Below are positions 24,901-38,699 of a stretch of DNA of 64,000 nucleotides, one piece after another. Within the stretch, counting starts at the first letter, position 1. Each line of letters starts with the position of its first letter. A program made the translations under genes and the position numbers. Where the stretch lies: assembly GCA_013239625.1 (NCBI GenBank), contig MU054187.1, forward strand, positions 10,995,231 through 11,059,230, read 5' to 3'. Origin of the DNA: Lama guanicoe. Its lineage: Eukaryota. The notes under the pieces were generated by a model. That model was not told the DNA's origin. It made no database searches and saw only the letters and a program-made list of their open reading frames with translations.

Positions 24901-27495
24901 GTCATTTTTTAATCAAAATAATAGTTGTATAATTTAATAAAAAAAACTCTGTGCCTTAATAATAGCCTTCCGTGAAGGAGAATATTGTCTAAGCTTAATT
25001 GCCTGATGGGAAGTCACAATTTAAGAAAGCAAACGACTATTTCACTGATTAACTGTCATTAAGGTTAGTGTGTTTCCTTTACAAAGCCTTCCAGACGGAG
25101 AGCTATGTGACCTGTCCACGACACCTGACCGTCTTCTTTGGTTTTCGCTGCAGTGTTAAGAGAATCATTCAGGATGATTTTAGAGCATCATCACACGATA
25201 CCCCTCAGTTCTAGTCTCTAGGACTTTCTCATGTTCTGCAATATGACTTTGAGTATTAAAAACAGATTTGGCAATATCGAATAGTTTGTATTTCTTTCTG
25301 AAAATACGTGAAGCATTGCAAAGAAAAACCTAAATACGTACGATGAGTACAATGGAAGGATACGTGTGTACTCAGTACTAATAAGTACAAGGGAAAAATC
25401 TATGTGTAGTGTGTTCTCAATTATTGTAATTATTGTAAGGAGTATTAAAATGTTTTCTTTTTTTGAATACAAAGAGGGAAAACGTCATGGAATTTCAGTT
25501 TGTAGTCTGCCTCCAAATACTATAAATCTTAAGTGTTAGTGGCAGAAATGTCTGTCTATTTTACTTACAGTATTTGTTTTTCTTTGAAAACACGGTGTGT
25601 ACTAAAGTATCTGGCTTGGGTTTTGCAGAATGGAAAAACGTAAATGAAACAAGAAAAAGAGCTAGTGGTGGTGAATGCAGCAGTGTGTAAATTAAATTCC
25701 CAATGACACAATTTGTGAGTTTCTTCTTTTTCAACAAGTAAGCTTGCGTGGATTAAGCTTTATTTTCGTGGAAACTTGGCACGGTCAGCAATTTGCTCAT
25801 TTTATTTCGCTTCCAATATCTGCGTAGCTCTGAGCACTTAGACTTGGGTTTCTGTTATATGAATGTTTATTTGCAAGCAAAGTTAGCTAATGGCAGCTGC
25901 TGCTGAAGCCTGGCTGCTGGCATGCTTTTTTTCTTTTTTTTTTTTGGATAGAAATATACACTCATTTGGAGTTCTTGATAACAGTTTCTTCTCTTTTCCT
26001 TTGTACATAACTATGCCACTTAGTGTTTTTCAAAAAGACATCCAACTTTCCTAATCTTCATTTTTTTTGGATCATTTCTGAATAATGACTCTCTGTGCAT
26101 CAAGGGCACAATGGAATGATCCAGGCTGCTATTTTTCTTGGAAGACAGTGGCATCCTCTACTGATTTATTTAATAGACAATCATGTCTCCAGGTCTGAAA
26201 TAAGTACAAGTCATCAAAGGGTAAGATGACCTACTGAGTGATTTTACTCATAAATCTTCCTTGATATGAACGTTCAAGGATTTGAAAGTATGAGGCTTCA
26301 ACTGTTCTGTAACTAAAAGGGCAATTTCAAAACTCTTCTAGCTCTTCAAAATCCAGGTTGAGGCATTTTGTAAGAACTTTGTAAATGCTAATGAACTAAA
26401 TATTATCCATGCCTTTTCTGTTTTACTTAGAGAAAATGAAGTATCCAAAACCTACACTTTCTAGAATGAAGTACACGGTTCTCATTACTGTCCATCAAAC
26501 ACAGAACCCTATTCCATCGATTTGTTGAGATCAGTCAATTCAGTCAACACTGAATAGCAGATTCCATATTCAATGTTTGATCACTTATAGGTCTCTATGT
26601 GTTTCCTTCTTTCTGTTCCGTGTTCCTGCTCTGCTTTCTGTCTCTCACTGTCCTTTTGGTGCTGTGGATGAGAAGTTAGACAACTGTTCTTTCACACTTG
26701 ACCACCTGACCCGCGCTGAGAGGCTGCCCACTTGGCTCGCATGCATTCTTCCTACCCATGAATGCATCTGATTTGAGTCTATTCACTGACAGCCTTAACT
26801 CTTTAACTTCGGGCAGTCCTTTCTGATTTTGTTATGAAAAGAAACCAAAGGTGGTTCATGTACTCTGTACCTGCTAAATGGAAAGGGCTGCTGTTACCAC
26901 GGAAATATGATTTTTAAAGCTTTCTGAAGTGGAAACTCCAAAGAAGCTCTGGTTTTCACTGAAAATTTCTTTTTGCCTTAGAATGTATCTCCCAACCCAG
27001 CGGAATGGATAAGCAGGTAAGGAAGAACACAGGCAGACTTCCAAATAATATATTCTCCCCAGACACTCCCCTGTAACAAGTGGCTTAAACCCACATACCC
27101 CCTGAGAGCTGGGCCGTGCGCTCTTGTGATGACATTGATGACATATGTGGCACCTCTTCTCAGAAAGCCCTTCTCTGTAACTACTTCTGGGCTGGATGGA
27201 GTGCCAGCATCCAAGGGTGTCTTGTCTAATTCTTATTCTTTAATGTTTACTCTCTAGTCAAGTGATGGATGTACCTTGCTATATTTCTTTTTTAACATGT
27301 AGATATCTTAATTGCATGTAAGGTTCCTAAAGCTTAGCCCACATCAACTATGGGAGACTTAAGTGGGTATCACAGACTTAGTGCTGAAATTATCCTGCAT
27401 CTGTTGTTCAATTTGAATTCACTGTAGGTAATTCACAGGCCCTCACCTGCCCATGTACTCTAGACTCCACACTCACCAGTGATCAAAACCACACC

Positions 27496-27870
27496 CACAG
27501 CCAAGAAATGGAAACAATCTAAATGTTCATTGACAGATGATTGGAAAAAGAAGATGTAGTGTATATGTATACAATGGAATGCTACTTAGCCATTTGCAGC
27601 AACATGGATGGACCTAGAGATCATCATTCTAAGTGAAATAAGCCAGAAAGAGAAAAGAAAATACCAAATGATATCACATATATGTGGAATCTAAAAAAAA
27701 AAGACACAAATGAACTTGTGTACAAAACAGAAACAGATTCACAGCCGTAGAGAATAAACTTATGGTTGCCAGGGGGTAAAGGGGGTGGGAAGGGATAAAC
27801 CAGGGGTTTGAAAGTTGCAGGTACTAACTACTATATATACAATAAATAACAAGTTTATGTTGTATAGCAT
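27496..27870 (+). mobile_element. Artiodactyl-type L1 3' fragment
   Basis: gccaagaaatggaaacaatctaaatg...acatggatggacctagagatcatcattctaagtgaa; short internal deletion between two GCCA motifs near 27590. Confidence 0.88.
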
Positions 27871-28883
27871 GGATTTTATTGAGTTGTGACAAAATGCCAT
27901 GTAATAATTTTTATTCTATTTTTATAGTGATTTAGTCTACCTACAGATAATACTTGAGCTAATGTTAAAAATAAAAAGGTTTGATATTTAACCTAGAACT
28001 TTGTTAATTATTATTAATATCTCTTTCCATTAGGCTATTGCATATTATAATAAAATAACTGACTCTGTAGTCATCCTTTTAGTCTTGGCATTTCTAAATA
28101 TTTCCCATTATCTCTAGAAATAATGTCCAACTCTACTTTTCTCAGCCATGGATTCTTGGCAAGATCCCAGTTATCTCTTAATGGTCACTCTTATAAAAAA
28201 TACATAAAATCTAATTTGACAGCTAATCTGAAGAGGATTATCTATAGTCCCAAGTAGATTTAGGATATGAAAATACCATTAAATATTTGTTTCTACTTAG
28301 TCTACTTAGAATATAGACTTTGTTCTTGGTGAGTATTAGGACTGAAGTGTTGGAAACATAAACCAGCGTTCTCACTGGGCTGCTTTTGCTCAGTTGTGAC
28401 ATTATTCTAAGATTTGCCAAAGAAAAAAGCGTAGTAATTACAGGAAAATTGAGAATGTTTGTCTGGCTCCCAGTTATCTAGGGTAAATCTCAGGATGTCT
28501 GTGAGACTGCATCTGTTTCAAAACATTTTTCTGCCTGGACACTCCTTAACGTCCAGCCAGACTGTGCTTCAGATAGGAAGAGACCCAATCATCCTGTACG
28601 TCCATATGGCTGTATTTGGGATTGGTTCCTTCCTCACAAGCATCAGTCCATCCTATCAGGAAGTTCTGGGAAAGGTTAGGAAATTGAGGCATCATTTGAA
28701 TGGTAACGTAATTCTTACCTCCACCTCCAGTGGTAACACTCTACCTGCATCTTCATCTCATTGTCACCAACACAACGTCTTCAATTTGTTTAAACTGTGG
28801 TGTAAATAGGGAAAGGTATCATGAATGGAGGAGGAACCCAGTCATTCTGCTCAATCCTTCATTTAAAAGCACTTTCTGTGGGA

Positions 28884-28932
28884 CAGGCTCTGTGCACAGT
28901 CAGGCTCTGTGCATGAGTCAGGCTCTGTGCAC
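28884..28932 (+). repeat. Short tandem repeat, 3 x 17-18 bp (CAGGCTCTGTGCA core), within an L2-like 3' end
   Basis: CAGGCTCTGTGCA at 28884, 28901 and 28919. Confidence 0.85.
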
Positions 28933-30629
28933 GGCACAGGGCATACAGTAGTGGAAAAAGGAAACGTGATGATGTTCCTTATGTTGCTTAGTGCCCAGGA
29001 CTTAATGGCTTTCCCAAAGGGACCCTGAAAAGTCCTGTTCAAAATTAGGAAATCCCCCTTTGCCTTCCAAGGCCATCCAGAAACAGTCCTTCTTACTCTC
29101 GAAGTGGCTGTGGGTTCCCCTCTGCCTGTTGCTCAGACTGAAATATAATCCAGATGTGGTTTGGAGTTGTGAACTTTGAAGGGGAAAGAAATGTGAAGAG
29201 AGTCCAGGAACATTAGCGCTGTCCTGTAGAATGCTCGGGAAGTTATTGTGTCGTAGTAAGACCTCTGTATGATGCTGTTTAGATGTTGCATCATCCTAGC
29301 TCTGGCACCAAGGGGCAGGGCATGACCAGTTTAGCACACTTTCAAACAAGGGTTCGTGGAACCAGCTCTTCAGACACTTCAGCTCTGGCCAGCATCCCCT
29401 TTGTGCTTGTCATTGGGCTCTGACCTATTGAATTCAGAATATCCTGAAATCAAGCTGCACGTATCTTCATTCTCCGGAAAATTATTTATGACCCCCAATT
29501 CAACTGTTCCATCTGGGTAGTAGACTAAAAATAAAAAGGGCCATCAGAAAATCGTTAAGATTTTTTTTTCAACTAGAGAAGCTGTAAATGCTGTTGGCAT
29601 TTTTTTCAGTTAGAAAAACATTATGGTTTGGTTAAGTGAGTCAGGCTGATACAGGTTCACCCTTGTTCCTACTCACCCGTCTTCATTTGCTCTCTACCTA
29701 CTGCTTCACTAAGAGCATGAGCAATTAGTTGAGATGCTGCCAGTTTCTTGACACCACTATACTACAAGTGAAAGATGTGCTGATTAAATGTTCAGCTTAG
29801 ACTGCATTTAAAAAATACACAATTATAGGAGTAAATAAAATCTAGCAGCACATTTTTCAATCTTCAAAATAATTATGTGAACATAAAAACACAAATGATA
29901 ATAGTATGGAGTAAGAAAAGTATTTTCATGTAGAAATTTTTAATTACCAGAAGGAAAATCTTAAAACAAACTGGATCTTAAAATTAAGACTAAAATAATT
30001 AAGATTTATAGGTACTAAGATTCTTGAGAAAAATTGTCTGAAAAATGTGAGCAAAAATAGCCTCCTGGGATACCTCTGCTACAGATGAAACACCATAAAG
30101 ATAATACATCTTTGAGACAATGCTGTAAGAGAAGAAGATGGAGATTAAAATGGTAAATTAGAACCAATGTCTTATTCCTGTTCCTGTTGAGAGAAAAGCT
30201 TCAGCTCCCATGTTGACAATATTAGTCATTTAGAATACTCAAGTACATCACATAAAAGTAATCCTTGTTGGTGAGAAGTTGTCGTGAGGCAAGGACTCTG
30301 AGGCAGTGGTCTCTCATAGGGGACCAGGTTCCTTGGGGCTTTCATTGTCTAAGAGCTCTTGCCTTTTCTGGTTCATTTGTTTTTCTTCTCCCAAAACTGA
30401 TTTTCCAGCTTAATCTTTTTAAACCTATTGTTATATTTTCCAGTAATGGGGGATTGGGATTAAACAAGGAAGGTAGCTGAGAAAGAAAACAAACAAACCA
30501 AAAAGTGGCATCCTAAGAGAGAAAAAAATTGGTACTAGTAATTTGAAAAATCTAGTTAGGCACCAATAATAATTCATCATGTTTCTGTGTCTGTTTTATC
30601 AATTGAGAAAGTTCTAATTAAAAGTATCT

Positions 30630-31725
30630 AGAATAACCATGTATGGTGATAGATGTTAACTAGACTTACTGTGATGATCATTTAACAATATATACAAATG
30701 TTGAATCATTATGTTGTACAGCCAAAACATCTAAATTAAAATTTTTGCTCTTCAAAAGACAAATAGGAAAGTGAAAAAACAAGATATACACTTGAATAGA
30801 ATATTTGTAAATCACATATCTGATAAAGGACTTGTATTCAGAATGTAAAAGAACCTTTACAACTCAATAAGAAGAAGAAAACAAATTTAAAAAGGTCAAA
30901 ATATTTTAATAGACATTTTGCCAAAGAAGATAGAAGAAAGGCTAATTACCTCCTGTGAAAACACATAACATGATTAGTCATCAGAGAAAGGCAAATTAAA
31001 ACCACAGTAAGATACCATATGACACCTATTAGAATGGCTATATACCAAGTATTGGTGAGAATGTGGAGAAACTAGAGACCTCATATTCCCTTGGGGGAGA
31101 ATGCCAAGTGGTAGAACCTCAGGAGTTTCATAAACATTAAACATCTTCCTACCACAGCACCCCAGCAACTCCTCTCCTGGTTGTTGATCTGAGAGAAAAG
31201 AGAATGTAGGTCCACACAAAGTCACGTACACAAATGTTCCTCATAACATCATTTATTTAGAGTAGCCGAAACCTGAAACCAGTCTGGATGGCTGTCAACT
31301 AGTAAATGAACACACAAAATGTGGTAGAGTCATCTAATGGAATACTATTTACTAGTAAAGAGGAATGGACTACTGATACATGGGACAACAGAGATGAACC
31401 TCAGCGAGTGAGATGAACCTCTGAGTGAAAGAAACTAGAACCAGACCCACAAGAAAACATATTGTATTCATATTGTATGAAATTTCTAGAAAAGGTACAT
31501 TTATAAAGACAGAAAGCAGACCAGCAGTTGACTAGGGCTGGCGGTGGGAGCAGGACTGACCACCAGTGGGCAGGAGGGAACCCTTTGGGGTGGTGGGAAC
31601 GTTTTAAAATTGTGTTATGATGGTGACTACACATTAAGGTAAATTTAATAAAAACCACCGACTGTTATACAATTGGTGATTTTTATGGTGTGTAAATTAT
31701 GCTTAATAAAGATATTGAATTAAAA
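30630..31725 (+). mobile_element. L1 3'UTR fragment abutting an old L1 (L1MB/MC-type) 3' end
   Basis: gtatggtgatagatgttaactagacttactgtg (L1MA-type 3'UTR) then aaatcacatatctgataaaggacttgtattcagaat...taaattatgcttaataaag. Confidence 0.82.
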
Positions 31726-33892
31726 AGATATGCAGAAGGCAAGTCTCTACTAACATAACTATTTTTTCATATTCTTAAGAATAAGCAAACATTAAACCTA
31801 TGAGGAATTGAATGTTTATAGAAAAGGGTGAGTGATTTACTGCTGCCTGTAAAAATTATTTCGAAGTCTAAGGTTGTCATTGTTTCCTAACAGATGGTGA
31901 GGGAGCCTCTGTGGGCTGTTTTCACATAAACTGAATCTAAGGAACATTGTCCTTACCTTGCTTTCTCTGTAAATTCACATAGTAAATCCAGCAACTTATG
32001 AGATTAATGCGTTTTCTTTGTCTTCTTAGTATCCTGGACCAAGGATTATTTGTATCTGTCAAACACTGTTCTTGAAGTGTTCTTTGCAAATTACCGGCAC
32101 ATCGATTGCTAAAGACTCTTGAACAAAGACTAGAAAGACCCAAGCAAAGTAAATTCATTTTAGAAATAAAATAATATAAGATAAAATCTTAATAAAGATT
32201 AAGCACAGAGAGAAATCATTTTTTTTTCCTCTTCAGATCCACATTCACTTTTTGACTCATTTCAGTAGAGGAGCTATCAAAGCAGATGCGAAGAAGAGAA
32301 GGAGAGATGGGGGATATTTTGGATAATGTTCAATAATAAGAAATGCTGCTCATTTTAAGATCTTTGTTTATTGATTTCTTGCCATGTTGCTTTACTTCGT
32401 TGTTTTAATTCAGTGAAACAAACTATATCCATTTTCAAATATCAGGTGATTGTTTTGTCATACCCATCATCAAATGATCCTTTCACTGTCTTTTCTTTGG
32501 TTTTAACTAGTCAAGGTCTATTGAACTTCAGTTCAACTCAGTGTTAGTGGAGATTAAAAGAGTGTTTGAAGGGAGAGGGCGCCATATGTTATTCTATGTT
32601 TAGTGTATATCCTGCTCTGGTTAAGAAAAAAGTATATCAGCACCAGGAAAGCTTTCGACAGCGTAGAATCCATAAAAGGAGAATGAAATGGCTTTCTTAT
32701 GAAAATGTTTCAGTCTTAAGATACAGCCTGATGGAAATTATAGGGATGGGCTAATGTAAGGGAACTTCAGTTCAAAGTCTGTGGCCAACGTTCACTAGGG
32801 CATGTTTACATTTGAAAGCTGTGTCCTAAATTATCAGCAATATGCAGAGCAACATTCAGGACTTAGCCACAGATTCAGTTCCTTGGAATAAAGTAGGTAG
32901 AGCTTCACTGGGAACACACGTAAGCTGAGGGTAGAAGCTAAGAAGTACAAGTCTGTGGGATTTTTTAATGTTACCAGCTTTAGTATTTCCATAATCATGT
33001 TTCAGATGGATGCAAGATTCCATTTGTAAACTTGTTCTTTACTTCTCTAGGGCCTACTGAGTTAGGTGAAGAGAAACTTTATATAAGTCATTTTCCTTTC
33101 AGTTATCACTTTCAGTAAAATCGTCATTTTTGTTTGCCATTTTCAGTGAAAACTTATATGGAAACATGAACTTATTGTTGAAGTTGCTCTCACAATTCTA
33201 TTATTATTATGCAGTTAGAAATGTACACTTCAGATGAAATTATTGAGTAATTAAATCAAGTATCTGTTAATAATGACTTGACCATTTAAATTCCATATTT
33301 CTTCAGAGCTTTCTTGGATTCCTTAAATGATCTCCCCACAATCTAATTTCTCATGTAGCTAAAAAAGCACAGAGTGTGAGCTTAATGGTTTCCAAGTTTC
33401 AAAGACTTATTTATGCCTGCCCACTCCACTTTTTAATAAATCAGATTAATTAACTTCTATTGTCATCACATACAAGAAATTACAGTAAGCGTAAAATTTG
33501 AGAAAAACTTTGCCCTGTATTCATAGTTTAAATTAATCAGTCTGTTCTGGATTTTTTTTTCCTATTGCATTCTTCTATTTGGTTCTTCTACATCAGACTA
33601 GAGAAAGAACATGCTACATATTTCCTTGTCCATGAAAAAAATTCAGAGTTACAATTAGGATAGTCCATGTTATCCAGAAGCAATTTGAATACAATTGAGA
33701 CAGTATTTTCATTCCTGCCAAAACGGCTGCCAAGCATTCACTATTGGATTGAAATGTGCCTTCCAGTCCTAGAAATCGGACTCGGTCAGTGATCAGAGCG
33801 CATGAGGACAAAAGGATGGAAGGGGAGACTCTCGGAAGGGGGAATACAGCTTCAGGAAATGTATTTTTAGGAAAATATTGTTCCTTTCATTT

Positions 33893-34137
33893 GTATTTAT
33901 TTTTTAATTGAAGTGTAGTCAGTTACAATGTGTCAGTTTCTGGTGTACAGCATCATGTCCCAGTCATACATATACAAATATATATTTGTTTTCATATTCT
34001 TTTTCATTAAAGGTTATTACAAGATATTAAATATAGTTCCCTGTGCTGTACAGAAGAAATTTGTTTTTTATCTATTTTTATATATAGTAGTTAGTATTTT
34101 CAAGCCTTGAACTCCCAAATTTATCCCTTCCCACGCC
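33893..34137 (-). mobile_element. Short 5'-truncated L1 3' end with 14-bp TSD
   Basis: TSD TGTTCCTTT(C/T)ATTT at 33879-33892 and 34138-34151; aattgaagtgtagtcagttacaatg...atagttccctgtgctgtacag. Confidence 0.9.
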
Positions 34138-35028
34138 TGTTCCTTTTATTTTCAAAAACAAGATTTTGAGGCTTATTAGGTAAAGGTGCCATAATCAGGA
34201 TCAAAATATATATTTTATATTGGAATTAATTACATTTTTAAGCTGATTTATGAACAATAAATATTTTCTCATATGAAGCACAGAAAAGGAAATTCTGAGA
34301 ATTTCAAAACTGAATTTTATTCCACAACAGTTGGGAAGACATTTGGCAAAAAGAAAAGGGAACCTAGTATATCATACAGGTTTCTAAGCTTTCTCTTTGG
34401 TCTCCGAAACATTAACTATCATAACTCTGACTGTGGCTGTGCTGAGTGTTCTCCTTAAATGTTTTAGTACTTTCTCTAAGCTGACAGCAAAATGCTTTGG
34501 CAGTTTATTCGACATTAGACTCCAGTGGTCTTAAGTCTAAGGGAAGTTGGTAATTGCTTTGCCAATATCAAAGACAGAAGTGGCATGTTAAAAATCTAGA
34601 TTTTATTCTTTTTGACCTATTATGTATTTTTCCCAGAGGTAGACTCTTTAAGAATTATGGGAGTTGTATTTTGTAATTTTGCCAGGAATGTCTCCATGAA
34701 CATAAATTGAAAGAGATGGGATGATAGGACATTGTTTGTATTTCAGGAGAGAATAAAATGAGAGTCTTCAGTGTCTGTTTTCTTCAGGGTACAATTCTTC
34801 ATCTAGTGAACAATTTTGAAATATGTTTTGCAATCTATCATCCTTATTCTCCTAGAAAATAGAATTAGAGTTGGCCATATCCAGGTGACACTTTAAACTC
34901 GTAAATTCACCAAGGATACTGTCTTCTTGGATGTGATCTAAGCAGATATTGTTAATGAAAAGGAATTAGAATAAAAAGATGGGAGAGGCAGGTGTCAGAG
35001 GTGAAAGAAGGGAGTTTTATTTAGGTGT

Positions 35029-35400
35029 TGTATCAGTCAGGATGGACTAGATTATGCTACGGGAATGAAAAAAACCAGACACCTCCAAATATTAGCCCAA
35101 TGGAAGATGGTTTCTCATGCACAGCCCCCATCTACTGTGGGCCAACAGGGAGTTCCACTCATCTTGGTCACTCAGAGACGGAGAATGAGAAAGACTTCAT
35201 CTCAACGCAGATCCACTGCCACCGTGGGAAGAGGGACATGGCAAACCTCCACCACCCAGTCCTGAAACACTGGGCTTGGATTTCATTGGCCAAAGCAAGT
35301 TACTTGCTAAGTCCAGTGTCACAGGAGACAGAAAGCACATTCTCCTCAGTGCTCTGAAAGAGAGAGACAGAAGTACATGACAGAGAGCGCTAACGCCTTA
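35029..35400 (-). mobile_element. Old MaLR MLT1 (J/K/L-like) LTR
   Basis: tgtatcagtcaggatggactagattatgct...tttcattggccaaagcaagttac. Confidence 0.7.
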
Positions 35401-38400
35401 AACAGGATTATAAATGATAATTGAGGAATGATTTGTCAGAGACCCGATGGATGACATCAGAGAACCACTCTGACGAACTGCAAGATCCTCTGTGGTCTAC
35501 ACCACTCCCGTTCCGTCTTATCATCAGGACTTGTTCTGATTTCTAACTGAAGAGAAGAAAGTGATTCCCAGCGAGAGGGGACTTGCCATAGCCAACATTT
35601 TCATAAAATTCTTTGAACTAGATCTCAGGCATGTATTTCAGCAGGTGTGAGGAGAAGGTTCTTGAGCATTTTGCCTTCCACAGATAACTCTTATGGACTA
35701 TAAACTGTTCTCATTTATGTTGGGAGTGGCAACTTGTGGCCAGATCTTGAGCCTTAGAATTGAATTACAAACAGCATAACAACTACACTCTGCTGGTTGT
35801 GTCTGTCTATTAAATACCACATCATCCCCCTCTTATGGGCCATTGAACACTGCCTGTAGGATGTGGTTGCTCCACAGCCACACACATAACCTGAGCTCCA
35901 AAATATGGTCACAATAGGGCAAGGTGGTGACAGTATGAATATTTTAACACTTAACTAAACTTACCATATTTTTCCCCCCAATTGTTAGAATACTTGGTAT
36001 AAAAATTGGTTTTCTGTGAAAAAATATAATTTGGATGTTAAGAACAAAGTAGGTGCTCAAAGAGATTTGGAAATTAATGTAAGAAGGGTTGATTTTACTG
36101 AAATACTTTCTTTACTGTGGTCACGCATTATTTGAAAGTATGTGGTTATCTCTGAACGCACATGACCAATGCATGTTATGACATCAGTGTGTAAGCATTC
36201 CTCACAAAGTAAAATTTAATGAACACACATTTTCTTGCTATTAGGTCAGTATTTGAAAAAAAATCTGCAGTTAATTCTTCCATGCCCTCTCAGTTGTGCC
36301 ATTGCCTTGAGGTAGAAGAACATCCCAATTTTCCACTGTTACTTTAATGGAAGACGTACTTTAAAAACGAAACAAAACAAACAAACAAAAAATCTAGAGA
36401 AACTGAAGAAAGAGGAAATGCACTGAAATAAGTTTTTAAAAAATCCGAGTTTCAAAAAGAGTCTAGTCATGAATGAATAGAATAACATTTAGTGATGTAG
36501 CATGGCAGGGTAATGCAATGTTTTTATAGTAGATTTTTTAAAATCACAAAGGCCCATATATTGAACTAGCAACTGAACAGGAAACACACTTTCTTTTGAT
36601 TTGAGGGCAAAGGAGTCCTGAAGCTGAGATTTTAAACTCCCCGATAGGTTTTTGGTTTTACAGTGGTTGGCAAAGTTATTTGCATACACCCACTATATTA
36701 ATAGTGGGATGTTTTACTTGAAAAACAGAGAAAAATAAACATATGAGAAGGCATAAATTACTCATAGCCTTTTAAAATTTATGTAGGCTGTGAAGTGAAA
36801 GTCTCTTTGTCTTCTTTAATACTAAAAATTTTTTCTCTGTGCTTATGCAAACACACACACACATAGGGATGTATCTTTTAAAAAGGGAAAGGGCAGGCTA
36901 TGCACATTTGAAAGTTTCTTTTTAAATGTAGTATATCATGTACGCCTTTTAGGTCCATACATCTAAAGTTATCTTACAGAGATAACTAGTGCTTAGTGTA
37001 TCGCTATACTGATGTACCCTAATTTACCTAGTGATGGACATTTTTGTGGCTCCTATTCTTATATTATTACAAAAAAAAAGCTGAAATATCTTTTTAAGTG
37101 CTGTGAATATTTTTAAAATGTCAATTATAAGAATCAAAAACTTAATTATAAGAAAACATATTAATTACAAGACTTATGAGCTCAATAAGAAGAAAATGGA
37201 GATGGACAAGAGACAGAGAACAAGAAATCTTTGTGGATTAAAAGCAGCTGGAGAAGTCAGTACCTACTGCTTTTCTATGGAGTGATTTTCAGAATATTTT
37301 ATACATGATACTACTGAGGAATAGGGTGATACATTCTAGCATCATACCACTGGTCCTCTAGGGTCCTAACTCTGTGTCTCCATACAAGTTTCAGTGAGCA
37401 CTTTCAGGTATCACATGGCTTGAGAACGGATCTAACAGTGAGAGATGTTAATTAGATGGACTATACCATCAGCAGACAGTCAGGGCTTCTGGTTCTCAAT
37501 ATAAGATTTCTGTTTGGTTTTAGAGCCCAATAAAGAAAATTATCTAGTGCCCAGATGTTACTTGAGAAAACATAAACTTTAAATTTTAGTGTCCAACATG
37601 AAAACCCAGATGATATACACTTTACTATTAAATGATTGAGGTTTATCTTGGAGAGACTCAGTTAATTTACATGGTGTAATTATTTTCCATATTTTCCATG
37701 AGGCTTTTTTCCTCCAATACTTTGCGAAACAAAACAAACAAAAACCCAACAAAACCAAATGAAACTTTACTGCAGAATGGAGATAACTCTATAAATTTAG
37801 ATGAATTTCAGGATCAAATCTGGAAAAAGACTGAAAGTTCTTTTTTAATACTTTGTGTGGAGTTAAGCTTCACCAAAATTCACATTTCACTTTAAATGGA
37901 TTCTGGAACACTTTTAATCTACCTCAAGCTCACCCGATCTTACTCATAGTGACTGTGATGGGTGTGATACTTCTAAATTTTCAATTGATTGTTTAGTTTT
38001 ATATGTTTCTTCTACAATTAATTTTATTGTTTAGATCAGATTTCGGGTGGTTGTGATTCTTCCCAAAATACTTAGCAAGTTTACATTAGGAAATTGAGAG
38101 ACTGGTTTATTTTTAGTCTGCTTTCAAGGTCATAGTTGAATCCCTTGTATATTATCATCATAAAGAAACCAAAGGGTACAGAAAGAGTTTATTAACTTCT
38201 TAGCCATCAGCTTCATAGACAGGAAGTCTACAAAAGTTGAACTGGAGAAAATTTAACTTTAGATCATGGAAATCCATGCATTAATCTTTTAATTTTTACA
38301 ATTTTGGTTTTAATTTCATGGTTAGAGGATACTATTAAGCAAATCCAGAGCCCATTTATAGATTTTTCAATAGTTCTACATTCTAGCTATATTTTTGTTT

Positions 38401-38699
38401 CTTCTGGACAGAATCCAAGTCCATAGGGACCCATTTGATATAGATTCTCCTAATTTAAGAGCATAAACAAACTAGTACAAATAGTCATAATAATGTTGGC
38501 CAATATTCACAAACTTTCAAGTTAATAGTGCAGACACATTAATAAAAATTCAAAGTTCTAAGTCACCACACATCATGCAGTTTAATTATTATGTATTAGA
38601 GACTTAAACTTGAAATTATATCCGTATTTCAAAGACCTGATTTCTCTGGAGAATATTGCATAGTAATCTTGTGCAAAATAATTGCAATGGTCTGTCTCT

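Noticed and set aside
25629..25738. Plus-strand exon candidate (ttttgcag...gtgagt/gtaagc)
   Set aside because: Weak pyrimidine tract and stop codons in the frames examined.
26068..26123. Possible pre-miRNA hairpin (TGGATCATT...AATGATCCA)
   Set aside because: Only about 9-11 bp pair at the base and there is a large asymmetric internal loop.
28884..28932. CRISPR-like repeat/spacer pattern (also considered 9950-10010)
   Set aside because: Eukaryotic context, only 2-3 units, no unique spacers of CRISPR size and no cas genes; explained by tandem duplication and by a TSD.
31391..31421. GAGATGAACCTC direct repeat
   Set aside because: Ordinary slippage-type micro-duplication inside an old L1.
31957..32330. 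Splice-like sites on both strands suggesting coding exons
   Set aside because: The plus-strand candidates have stops in all three frames and none of the peptides is recognisable; cannot be told apart from pseudoexons.
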